Below the pieces are notes generated by a model. That model saw only the letters and a program-made list of their open reading frames with translations. It ran no database searches and had not been told where the DNA came from. Below, one piece after another: positions 1-7,790 of a stretch of DNA of 32,000 nucleotides. The stretch is from Nostoc punctiforme PCC 73102 (GTDB lineage Bacteria > Cyanobacteriota > Cyanobacteriia > Cyanobacteriales > Nostocaceae), in the NCBI RefSeq assembly GCF_000020025.1, contig NC_010628.1:3450001-3482000 (forward strand), written 5' to 3'. Made by a program: the position numbers and the translations under genes. Position 1 is the first letter of the stretch. Every line of letters begins with the position of its first letter.

Positions 1-2
1 GT

Positions 3-1319
3 GCTGGCGGTTATCTGATGAGCTTGATTTTCAAACGTGCCAGCTTTCTGTCATTTGAGCTAAAAAACTTAGTGGTGTTGGCGATACTTTGGAGCTTGTT
101 TACCTTATCGCAGATGATCCGCAGTGAATCGGGAGTTATGACGACAGTTGTTGCAGGAGCAGTCTTTGCTAACTCCTCTGTCCCAGAAGAACGACTGTTA
201 CGAAGCTTTAAGGGTCAGCTAACAATTCTCAGCGTATCGGTGCTATTTATCTTATTAGCTGCCGATCTATCTATTGCCAGTGTGTTTGCTTTGGGCTGGG
301 GTAGTTTATTCACTGTTTTGGTATTAATGTTTATCGTTCGCCCGATTAATATCCTGTTGTGTACCTGGAACAGTGACTTAAATTGGCGACAGAAACTATT
401 TTTAAGCTGGGTTGCTCCGAGAGGAATTGTTGCGGCTTCTGTAGCTTCTTTTTTTGCAATTTCCCTTACTCAGCGTGGCATTAACGGTGGTGATTCCATT
501 AAAGCTTTAGTCTTCCTGACAATTATCATGACTGTTGTCTGCCAAGGGCTAACAGCTGGCTGGGTTGCCAAATGGTTGCAAATCACCTCCAAGGACGTAA
601 CTGGGGTAGTGATTGTGGGTTGTAATCCATTGAGTCTTTTGATTGCCCGATTCTTTCAAGAACGGGGAGAAAATGTGGTCATGATTGATACTGACCCCGA
701 ATGTCTTGTTCAAGCTGAGGCGCAAAATCTGCGAGTGATTGCCAGCAGTGGGTTAGATGCTGCTGTATTGGAAGAGGCGGGACTTGCTTCGATGGGGACT
801 TTTTTGGCGATGACAAGTAATGGCGAGGTGAATTTTGTTTTGGCTCAACGAGCAGCCGAGGAATTTAAGCCGCCGCGCGTTTTAGCTGTTTTCCCCCGCG
901 ATCCGCAAGCAAGTATTTCGGTTAGTAATAAAGTTAATCAAGCTTTTATCTCAGACTTAGCGATTAAAACTTGGAATGAATATTTAAATGATGGGCGAGT
1001 CAAACTGGGGACAACTACGCTAAATGAGTTGGAATTTTCCACTCAGTGCGATCGCATTCAAGAAAAGATTCGGACTGGGGTGTTGATACCCTTATTGGTA
1101 GAACGAGAAGAACGCTTACAGGTAATGCCAGTTAACCAAGATTGGGAAATTGGCGATCGCATTATTTACCTATTGCATGACCCCAGACCTAGCCTTTTAA
1201 AACGTTTATCTGGTGCTACCCAATCCACTCCCCTCTCTCTAGAAAAGTTAGCGGAGGTTGAAGACCTATCCCTCGCCCAATTATCTCAACTTTCCACTAG
1301 TGAGGCTCCTGGGGGATGA
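3..1319 (+). CDS. Cation:proton antiporter (NhaP/CPA1-type), C-terminal part with RCK/TrkA-N and TrkA-C-like domains; 5' end lies outside the window
   Basis: The frame is open from base 3 (AGGYL precedes the track Met at 18), so the gene starts upstream. Hydrophobic TM segments are followed by a Rossmann-like VVIVGCNPLSLLIARFFQERGENVVMIDTD (RCK/TrkA-N) segment. The TGA stop at 1317-1319 lies inside a G-rich repeat. Confidence 0.8.
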   Translation, partial: AGGYLMSLIFKRASFLSFELKNLVVLAILWSLFTLSQMIRSESGVMTTVVAGAVFANSSVPEERLLRSFKGQLTILSVSVLFILLAADLSIASVFALGWGSLFTVLVLMFIVRPINILLCTWNSDLNWRQKLFLSWVAPRGIVAASVASFFAISLTQRGINGGDSIKALVFLTIIMTVVCQGLTAGWVAKWLQITSKDVTGVVIVGCNPLSLLIARFFQERGENVVMIDTDPECLVQAEAQNLRVIASSGLDAAVLEEAGLASMGTFLAMTSNGEVNFVLAQRAAEEFKPPRVLAVFPRDPQASISVSNKVNQAFISDLAIKTWNEYLNDGRVKLGTTTLNELEFSTQCDRIQEKIRTGVLIPLLVEREERLQVMPVNQDWEIGDRIIYLLHDPRPSLLKRLSGATQSTPLSLEKLAEVEDLSLAQLSQLSTSEAPGG

Positions 1320-1354
1320 GGGAGAGGGGCAGGGGAGCAGGGGAGGCAGGGGAG
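1311..1354. repeat. G-rich arm (GGATGAGGGAG...GCAGGGGAGCAGGGG...) of a dispersed intergenic repeat; pairs with the C-rich arm at 2502-2547
   Basis: The reverse complement of 2502-2547 (ggggcagagggcaggagaggcagggaggag) is similar to 1325-1354 (ggggcaggggagcaggggaggcaggggag). The same family recurs at 16905-16986. Confidence 0.75.
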
Positions 1355-1420
1355 AATATGCTGTAATTTCCCACCCAGCAATAGAGGGTTTCAAAGGAAA
1401 TAAATCTATTTATGCTTAAT

Positions 1421-2423
1421 AGACTTGTCGGGAAATAAGAGAGAATAGACAGCAGTGGTAGGGAAGAATGATGCTGAATATTGAAGGTGCGCTGAAGCAA
1501 GACCGACTGTTGAGGGCATTAACTGGGTTGAACCGGAAAGCATTTGATGCCCTTTTGCCCACGTTTACCACGATGTACCTAGATACTCAACAGGCCAAGC
1601 CTCGTCAACGTGGCCTGGGTGGAGGACGCAAAGCCCGCTTACTTACAGCCCAAGACAAATTGTTTTTCATCCTTTTCTATTTCAAATGTTATCCGACCTT
1701 CGATGTGGCGGGACTGCTCTTTGATATGCATCGCTCCCAGGCACATGAGTGGATGCATCGATTGCAGCCAATATTAGAAGCGGCTTTGGGACAGAAGATG
1801 GCGCTGCCGGAACGCCATCTCGAAAGCATTGAAGCATTTTTGTCACGCTTTCCAGGAGTGCAACGAGTGATGATTGATGGGACAGAACGCCCAATTGCGC
1901 GACCTCAAGAAAGAGAACAACAACAACAGAATTACTCCGGTAAAAAGAAACGTCATACGCGTAAACACTTGGCGGCAGTTGATGAAACCAAACGGGTCTT
2001 GATCTTAAGCAAAGCACGAGAAGGCAAACTGCATGACAAACGTTTTCATGACGAAGATGACATTGCAGGTAGTGTGCCTGATGAAATTCCGATTGAAGTA
2101 GACTCGGGCTTTCAGGGATTACAGAAGCAGTATGACAATCTCCATCTTCCTCACAAAAAGCCCAAAGGGGGCAAGTTAAGTGACCTTCAAAAAACGGAGA
2201 ATCGTCAATTGAGTCAATCCCGTGTAGTTTGCGAAAATGCCTTTGCTGGTGTGAAGCGCTACAACGCCGCCAGTGTCATTTATCGTAATCGGATTGAAAA
2301 CTTTGATGACCATTTGATGCTGACCGCAGCAGGATTATGGAACTTCTACTTGATGGCTGCTTAAGAGAATCCCAATTACAAGACCAGCATTGCCTCACTT
2401 ATCTTTTATTTCCCGACAACTCT
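1421..2423 (+). mobile_element. Insertion sequence of about 1.0 kb, IS5 superfamily (DDE_Tnp_4 / PIF-Harbinger-like transposase), apparently intact
   Basis: Terminal inverted repeats: left 1420-1443 TAGACTTGTCGGGAAATAAGAGA, and the reverse complement of the right end 2402-2424 TAGAGTTGTCGGGAAATAAAAGA (2 mismatches). Flanking AAT/TAAT occurs at 1417-1420 and 2423-2426, consistent with a 3-4 bp AT-rich target duplication. A single transposase ORF lies inside. Confidence 0.85.
1468..2364 (+). CDS. IS5-superfamily DDE transposase (DDE_Tnp_4-like)
   Basis: 298 aa. Candidate catalytic triad contexts are MIDGTE, EVDSGFQG and CENAFAGVKRY. An N-terminal HTH-like region is present and a basic KKKRHTRK patch follows the first Asp. 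The ORF is bounded by the IS inverted repeats. Confidence 0.9.
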   Translation: MMLNIEGALKQDRLLRALTGLNRKAFDALLPTFTTMYLDTQQAKPRQRGLGGGRKARLLTAQDKLFFILFYFKCYPTFDVAGLLFDMHRSQAHEWMHRLQPILEAALGQKMALPERHLESIEAFLSRFPGVQRVMIDGTERPIARPQEREQQQQNYSGKKKRHTRKHLAAVDETKRVLILSKAREGKLHDKRFHDEDDIAGSVPDEIPIEVDSGFQGLQKQYDNLHLPHKKPKGGKLSDLQKTENRQLSQSRVVCENAFAGVKRYNAASVIYRNRIENFDDHLMLTAAGLWNFYLMAA

Positions 2424-2501
2424 AATGTTAAATATTTATTTCAAGATGCATAATACAAGAAATAATGCATCCAAGATCAAGCCCATAAATAAATTTAGGG
2501 G

Positions 2502-2547
2502 CTTCTCCTCCCTGCCTCTCCTGCCCTCTGCCCCCTTCTCCTCTTCT
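2502..2547. repeat. C-rich arm complementary to the G-rich repeat at 1311-1354
   Basis: The sequence ttctcctccctgcctctcctgccctctgcccccttctcctcttc lies just downstream (minus sense) of the stop of the 2556-3218 gene. Confidence 0.7.
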
Positions 2548-2555
2548 TTGACTCT

Positions 2556-3218
2556 TTATGAGCTTTGGGAAGAAATAAATTCGCCTTCTGGTGGTTGTTG
2601 CAAATTACCAATTTCTGGCTTTGGCGCTTCTTGATACATTTCCCATTCCTGCCACAGTAAAGCAGATAAATGTACTATGGCAAGAATTAGCGTTGCCACC
2701 GAAATGAGATAACTATGTATTGTGTAAAGGTGTTCGACAGTAACTGTATTAATCGCTCCACCCCCAGTTAGGATTTCGCGCAGTTGTCCACCAATAAAAG
2801 GAATAGCTTCGATGGTTCCCAATTCAATGTTAAAACGCCAGTATCCTTCCTGAGTCCAATCTAGGATCATCGCTGTCCAGTCCAGCCCGATCGCACTTAA
2901 GGTCAACAAAATCCCGCTAATCCAAGCAGTCAGCCAACTCTTGCGGAATTGGCGACTTAAAAACATCACCACAATTTGAATCAGAGCGATCGCAATTACC
3001 GCGTTACCAGCAATGTTATGCGCTCTCCAAAACAACCACCCGTATGGCACTTGTGTATTAATCATCTTTAAGGAGTTATAAGCACCGCCTGCTGTCGGTT
3101 CATAGTAAAAAGAAAGCAAAACTCCCGTAGAAACATAAATTAAGCACAAAGTCAGAATCACGACTGACAATATCGTTGCTATTCGTCGCATAATCCTATC
3201 GAACTGGGTGCTTTGCAT
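2556..3218 (-). CDS. Cytochrome b6 (PetB)-like four-helix membrane protein, divergent paralog
   Basis: It is colinear with PetB as I recall it: SFYYEPTAGGAYNSL / FGWL..R..H / ...EAIPFIGG...GG......T..R.Y..H. The helix D His pair is kept (HSYLISVATLILAIVH, 15 apart). Helix B has His then Gln at +14 where PetB has His. Confidence 0.75.
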   Translation of the reverse strand: MQSTQFDRIMRRIATILSVVILTLCLIYVSTGVLLSFYYEPTAGGAYNSLKMINTQVPYGWLFWRAHNIAGNAVIAIALIQIVVMFLSRQFRKSWLTAWISGILLTLSAIGLDWTAMILDWTQEGYWRFNIELGTIEAIPFIGGQLREILTGGGAINTVTVEHLYTIHSYLISVATLILAIVHLSALLWQEWEMYQEAPKPEIGNLQQPPEGEFISSQSS

Positions 3219-3392
3219 AGCTCACCCCTCCTGTTCTTAACTAGGTATTTATTCTCTTCTAATTTTAACTAAGAAATATTAATAGATGTTGCACTTCTCA
3301 AAGAAAAATAAATTTTTTTAATATTTCTGATAAGTTAACCAGCCTGCCTCAGACTTAAGGCTGAGGCTAATAGCCCAAACCATGATTCTCTG

Positions 3393-3467
3393 GTAGAGGC
3401 AATTCATGTAGACGCATTCGCAAAGCGTCTCGTAGAGAAGCGGCTTCCAGCAGGGTATTGCCCCTAC
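3393..3467. repeat. Small dispersed palindromic element (nested hairpins), Nostoc-type intergenic repeat
   Basis: The outer arms are gtagaggcaat (3393-3403) and attgcccctac (3457-3467), with 1 mismatch. An inner hairpin gacgc-attcgcaaa-gcgtc is present. Confidence 0.6.
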
Positions 3468-3497
3468 ACCGTGTAGTTTTACGTAAATCCTAATTAG

Positions 3498-4211
3498 TTA
3501 AATCAAATATTGCACCCAAGCTTTTAAGGGTTCTGGTGAGCCATACCACATTCCAGGACTTCTCGGAGAATGTCTCACACCTTCAATTACCAGATTTTCT
3601 GCGCCCTCCAGGTGAGCAGCTTCAATTGGTGTGATGCCATCTCCCCAAGTGTTGCCCTTACCACAGGTTAATTGGTAACTACTGTAAGCTAACCAGCTAC
3701 CACGCCGCCTTTCCCCAAAGATAGTTTTGCCAGCCACACAAACGTAACGAACGTTTTTGTAAAAAGCTCCTGGGTAGTTATTACTAACAAAATCTAGATT
3801 TGAGCGTGTCCAGCGTTCTTGGCTAATATGGGGTGTACCCAAGGTTATGAGAGTCGCAACCAAAGGATGCGCTTTCCAAAGCGAGGGTTTAGCGTTACTG
3901 CCTACCATATAAGGCTTTTCTCCCATGTAGATGCGGGATATCCAACCTCCGGCTGAGTGACCAATTAAGTTAATTTGGGTAACATTATATTGCTCCAATG
4001 TGTGCTTGATTGTCAGGTCGAGTTTTTGTAGAATCGGTGTTACAGGTCTTCCGCCAATAGTGGGTAGCCAGTCGCGCCGTCGCAGTGGGACTGTAACCGT
4101 GGGAAAATTTAACTGCTGTAAGGATTGTTCTAGTTGGCGGTAAGCGATCGCGCTTTCTAGATATCCCGGTACAATAACTGTCGGTAACGGCATTTTAAAT
4201 TTTTGATGCAA
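3498..4211 (-). CDS. Alpha/beta-fold hydrolase (lipase/esterase-like)
   Basis: 237 aa with the nucleophile elbow GHSAGG (GxSxG) after a beta-strand NLIGHS. A downstream ..GDG..P / H motif is compatible with a Ser-Asp-His triad. Confidence 0.75.
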   Translation of the reverse strand: MHQKFKMPLPTVIVPGYLESAIAYRQLEQSLQQLNFPTVTVPLRRRDWLPTIGGRPVTPILQKLDLTIKHTLEQYNVTQINLIGHSAGGWISRIYMGEKPYMVGSNAKPSLWKAHPLVATLITLGTPHISQERWTRSNLDFVSNNYPGAFYKNVRYVCVAGKTIFGERRRGSWLAYSSYQLTCGKGNTWGDGITPIEAAHLEGAENLVIEGVRHSPRSPGMWYGSPEPLKAWVQYLI

Positions 4212-4811
4212 TGATTGAGGGTTTGAAACTTTTTTACAAAGAAGTAGTCAAAAATCAAAAGCTATAATTGCGATCGCCCAACTGAACTCCTTTTATAAAA
4301 ACCCAAATAGCCTTGGTGGTGTTTAGGACAGAATTTCAATAAAATTGTACAATTTACAACAGTTTTCGGAGCTGCTGATGTGGTACTATTCTCACATAGG
4401 CACTAGTCTCGGACAAGCAAATGTGCCATCTGTTACAGAAGCCTAGTTGACTGGAAAAGCGTAAAAAAACAAGGCGACTTCAGCAGATGTTTTGATGTAC
4501 TCAGACTTGTATCTTGACTTAAACTTTAATAAATATCCCAGATATTAATTTTAATTGTGTGCGTCATAAAAATAACAAATCAAAAGTAGTAATTTTTCAA
4601 ATATCTCTTTAGCAAGCTCAAATTTGAAGATATGAACCAGCGTTATTAAACAATTACAAACCTGAATAAATGGCAATTTTGGCGTTTTCATTGCCATGAG
4701 AGGAAATTATTATTTCCTTAGAGGGACGCATATATTGCAAAATATTGCAATATAGTCGGGAAGAGAAAATCGTTAGTCAACTGCAACTGAGCCGAGTGAA
4801 CGATAACAACT

Positions 4812-6323
4812 ATGTCTTACGTCTCCTTGTTTAAAAATATACCAGAACTCTTAAGCCAGCCAATTGGGATAGCAGCCATTGCTTCTCTTGGCATCCACGG
4901 TGCGATCGCTATGATTGTGCCATTGATGCCTATGGATTCTAGCAAACCCAAAGATACAGCATCATCAAAAAGCGTCGGGCTTTTGGAATTGAGCCAAGCG
5001 GATCAAAGTCGTTTGCCAGAAAGCACCCCCAAAATTGGTTTACAACAACTTCCTCCAATAGCGCCACTTTCTGCGTCTAACTTTAGCGCCCAAGCTGGAT
5101 TGCCCCCATTGGCAGCACCACCATCCGGCAGCCAACTAGTACTGCCTCCGCTACCCCCATCATCGAATAACTATCGAGTCTCCTCATTGCCTACAAGACA
5201 GTCTTTGCGGATGATTCCTAGTGATAATTTGCGATTTGATGCTTCTAAATTTGACAACTCTAAATTCAATAGCAGCCCCAAATTTACTCCATCAGTTCCT
5301 CGTGTAAATGTCACTGATACCAAATACGAGGCATCTAAGCCGTTAGATGTAAATAGGTTGCCAGTATTGCAGTCGCAGCAAATACCTAATGATATTCTGC
5401 AAAATGCTCAATCTCAGAACCCCTCCAACACTAACCTTATTACACCAGTACAGGGAAATATCACTCCGCAAATAACGCAGCCGGTTAATAATGCGTCTAA
5501 GCCTATGGCTCAAAACCAACTCATAAATTCTTTAAAACAAGCTCCAAGGGCTGGGGATAGCTTAACCCTAATTAGGGGAACCACGTCACAAGCACCTGAT
5601 TTTTCTGGAAAAGGGACTGAGTTGGCAATTGCACAGCTAGATTCATACGCAAACCTGAGAAAAGAAGTTCAGCAACAATACCCCAACGCAGAACAAAAAC
5701 CAGTCATTCGCCAAACATTACCCACAGATAAGCCAAATCTTCAAGGCTCTGTTTTGGGTGTATTAGTGGTAGACCCTGATGGTAAGGTCTTAGATATCAG
5801 GTTTCAAGACAAGCTAGTTTCCCCGGAATTGCAATTAAAAGCTAGGGAATACTTCAACAAGCAATCCCCAAAGGGAGATAAACGGGTCAGTTCCTATCCA
5901 TTTAACCTAAATTTCCAAAACAGTACTAGCAACAGCACTGGGACTACTCCATTATCTACACCGGGAATCAATAACAATCAGCTTATCCCTTTACCAGCAG
6001 CTACTTCTAAGCCATTTCCCGATTTGCGAATCAGAAATAACCAGATTGCACCTTCATCAACAAGTATTCTTAAACCATTAGCTGCACCGCGAGTTAATGG
6101 CAATCAGCCTGTGTTAACACCCGCAGCTACCCCCAAACCATTATCTGAATTGCAAATCAGAAATAGCCTCACACCTTCATCGGTAGCTAATACCTCGGAA
6201 CCCTTAGTGCTACCGAGAGTCAATAAGATTCAGGTCACACCCTCTACTGAATCGGATAAAAAATTAGTAGAACGGTTACGTGAAGTCAAGGAAAACAGAG
6301 ACAAGTCTAATCCAGAAAAATAA
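4812..6323 (+). CDS. Hypothetical membrane-anchored Pro/Ser/Asn/Gln-rich protein with C-terminal tandem repeats
   Basis: 503 aa. It has one N-terminal TM segment (IGIAAIASLGIHGAIAMIVPLM), a long low-complexity region, a short globular-looking block (VLGVLVVDPDGKVLDIRFQD) and two 41-aa tandem repeats near the C-terminus. Confidence 0.65.
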   Translation: MSYVSLFKNIPELLSQPIGIAAIASLGIHGAIAMIVPLMPMDSSKPKDTASSKSVGLLELSQADQSRLPESTPKIGLQQLPPIAPLSASNFSAQAGLPPLAAPPSGSQLVLPPLPPSSNNYRVSSLPTRQSLRMIPSDNLRFDASKFDNSKFNSSPKFTPSVPRVNVTDTKYEASKPLDVNRLPVLQSQQIPNDILQNAQSQNPSNTNLITPVQGNITPQITQPVNNASKPMAQNQLINSLKQAPRAGDSLTLIRGTTSQAPDFSGKGTELAIAQLDSYANLRKEVQQQYPNAEQKPVIRQTLPTDKPNLQGSVLGVLVVDPDGKVLDIRFQDKLVSPELQLKAREYFNKQSPKGDKRVSSYPFNLNFQNSTSNSTGTTPLSTPGINNNQLIPLPAATSKPFPDLRIRNNQIAPSSTSILKPLAAPRVNGNQPVLTPAATPKPLSELQIRNSLTPSSVANTSEPLVLPRVNKIQVTPSTESDKKLVERLREVKENRDKSNPEK

Positions 6324-6395
6324 TCACTTGCTGGTGATTTGGGATTAATCAGTTGAAAGGGCGGTTATAAACCGCATCTATACACAAAACAAATA

Positions 6396-6415
6396 AAACC
6401 CACTTCCGTGGGTTT
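6396..6415 (-). terminator. Intrinsic terminator hairpin shared by convergent genes (strong T-tract on the minus strand)
   Basis: The 8-bp perfect stem is aaacccac / gtgggttt with loop ttcc. On the minus strand it is followed by ttttatttgtttt, downstream of the c6 gene. On the plus strand only a weaker attttcc follows. Confidence 0.65.
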
Positions 6416-6551
6416 CAAATTTTCCTTAGCCTGCTTCCTGTGGTTAAGTTTGTGTAGCCGCGAGTTTTATTCACTTTGGCTCTAAGTTGACAGGTATGAG
6501 TATTGCTGTGCCCGTAAGAGCAATCTATATTCCATACAATTGAGAGCTAGC

Positions 6552-6896
6552 TTACCAGCCTTGTTCTGCATTCTGAAAAACGTAAGCAGCTACATCCAGG
6601 ATCTCTTCAGCACTTAACTTTCCTTTAAAGGCAGGCATAGCATTTTTACCATTTTGCACTTGGTGGATAATCGCCTCGATTGAGTCACTATTATAATTTT
6701 CTAGGTATTTTGACAATGCTTCCTTTTTCAAGGTTTTCTGGCTAATAAGGATATTACCGCCACCTATATGGCAAGAAGCGCAGTTAGCCTCGAAAATTTT
6801 AGCACCGTTGGATGTTTCGGCAGCTAGTGCTGGACTAATGAATGTCAATTTGAATAGAGCGATCGCTATCATTAAGATTAATAAAAGTATTCTCAA
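6552..6896 (-). CDS. petJ: Cytochrome c6 (soluble photosynthetic electron carrier)
   Basis: The mature part [22 protein letters not shown]...[16 protein letters not shown]...DVAAYV has the CxxCH heme site and the Met ligand context NAMPAF. The track ORF starts at a TTG (6926). A TTG at 6896, preceded by GAGGA, gives a canonical signal peptide [25 protein letters not shown] ending in an AxA cleavage site. Confidence 0.85.
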   Translation of the reverse strand: MRILLLILMIAIALFKLTFISPALAAETSNGAKIFEANCASCHIGGGNILISQKTLKKEALSKYLENYNSDSIEAIIHQVQNGKNAMPAFKGKLSAEEILDVAAYVFQNAEQGW

Positions 6897-6973
6897 GAAA
6901 ATTTCCTCGCAACAAGCCTCCAGCAAGAGTATAAACGTGATTAATCCCTGATTAAGTCAAATTTGATCAAAAT

Positions 6974-7049
6974 TGGCGGTAACGAATTCATCCCTCAATC
7001 GCTACAGATTGTTTAGCGTTTTAGGGGACGAGAAGACTCGTTACCGCCA
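6974..7049. repeat. 12-bp perfect inverted repeat (tggcggtaacga / tcgttaccgcca) with a 52-nt loop, in the petE-petJ spacer
   Basis: Read directly from the sequence: 6974-6985 and 7038-7049 are exact reverse complements. It could be a petE terminator or processing structure, or a regulatory element. Confidence 0.6.
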
Positions 7050-7141
7050 TTTATCCATTTTGTGCGTCACTCTAGGAGCGTGGCGTGTTGCTATGAGGTA
7101 ATTTCACACAGAGAAATCATCTTCTGTCAACGAGGACGTTT

Positions 7142-7561
7142 CTAGCCTTGGACAGTGATTGTACCAACCATACCAGCACCACGGTGAGGTTCGCAATAAA
7201 AGGTGTAGTCACCAGCAGGTGCGTCTGCGGCGAAAGTGGTTGTTTCTTTTTGACCAGCACTCATCAGCAATTTCTTATGAGAAAGAGATTTTGCTAAATC
7301 GGCATTCTTGGAAGGGTTTTTGGCAGGATCAAACACAACGTTGTGGGGAGGAACTTTATTGTTTACCCATTCAATTGTGTCACCTGGTTTAATTGTCAAC
7401 TTTTTCGGTTCAAATGCTAGCAGTCCTTTATCAGTACCCAATTTCACCTGGTATGTTTCAGCCGAAGCGCTGGGAGTAAAAACTGCAAAGCTGCTAACAA
7501 CTAAAAGGATTGTCAACACAGCTAAACTAAAGCGTCGCAAGCTTGCCGAAATCAATTTCAT
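7142..7561 (-). CDS. petE: Plastocyanin precursor
   Basis: The mature sequence ETYQVKLGTDKGLLAFEPKKLTIKPGDTIEWVNNKVPPHNVVFD...YTFYCEPHRGAGMVGTITVQG is near-identical in pattern to Anabaena plastocyanin. The Cu ligands His (PPHN) and Cys-x2-His-x4-Met (CEPHRGAGM) are present, as is a signal peptide ending ASA. Confidence 0.95.
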   Translation of the reverse strand: MKLISASLRRFSLAVLTILLVVSSFAVFTPSASAETYQVKLGTDKGLLAFEPKKLTIKPGDTIEWVNNKVPPHNVVFDPAKNPSKNADLAKSLSHKKLLMSAGQKETTTFAADAPAGDYTFYCEPHRGAGMVGTITVQG

Positions 7562-7698
7562 GGCTCTCTCCTAACAAACAATTTTTTTTCCTTTCTCATT
7601 TTAAATAAAATCAACACCAAATATGACAATCTGTCATAGATACAATTTTTTTTTAATAAATGGGGAGCAATTTATTGCAAAAATCGGTGAAATCAGTA

Positions 7699-7775
7699 GG
7701 GAATGGGGAAGGGGAAAGGGGGAATGGATACTTCCCAATGCCCAATGCCCTATTCCCAATGCCCTATTCCCAATG
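7699..7775. repeat. STRR-type repeat hairpin: G-rich arm (gggaatggggaaggggaaagggggaatgg) plus six tandem heptamers CCCAATG/CCCTATT
   Basis: The heptamer phase was read directly from 7734-7775. The two arms are complementary in composition. The element sits between the psbV stop and the petE start. Confidence 0.8.
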
Positions 7776-7790
7776 ACTCAGTTGCAGGAT

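Noticed and set aside
1297-2017. Minus-strand ORFs 1297-1500 and 1682-2017
   Set aside because: The first runs through the G-rich repeat and the IS end. The second is antisense inside the transposase gene. Neither has recognisable motifs, and both are explained by the opposite-strand features.
2425-2634. Plus-strand 69-aa ORF immediately after the IS
   Set aside because: It translates the AT-rich spacer and the C-rich repeat arm (SSLPLLPSAPFSSS), and it overlaps the 3' end of the cytochrome b6-like gene. It is a repeat-driven artefact.
4347-4389. NtcA-like site GTAcaatttacAAC followed about 23 nt later by TACTAT
   Set aside because: The second half-site is AAC rather than TAC and the spacing is off by one. 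The nearest downstream start codon is more than 400 nt away, so the evidence is insufficient to call a promoter.
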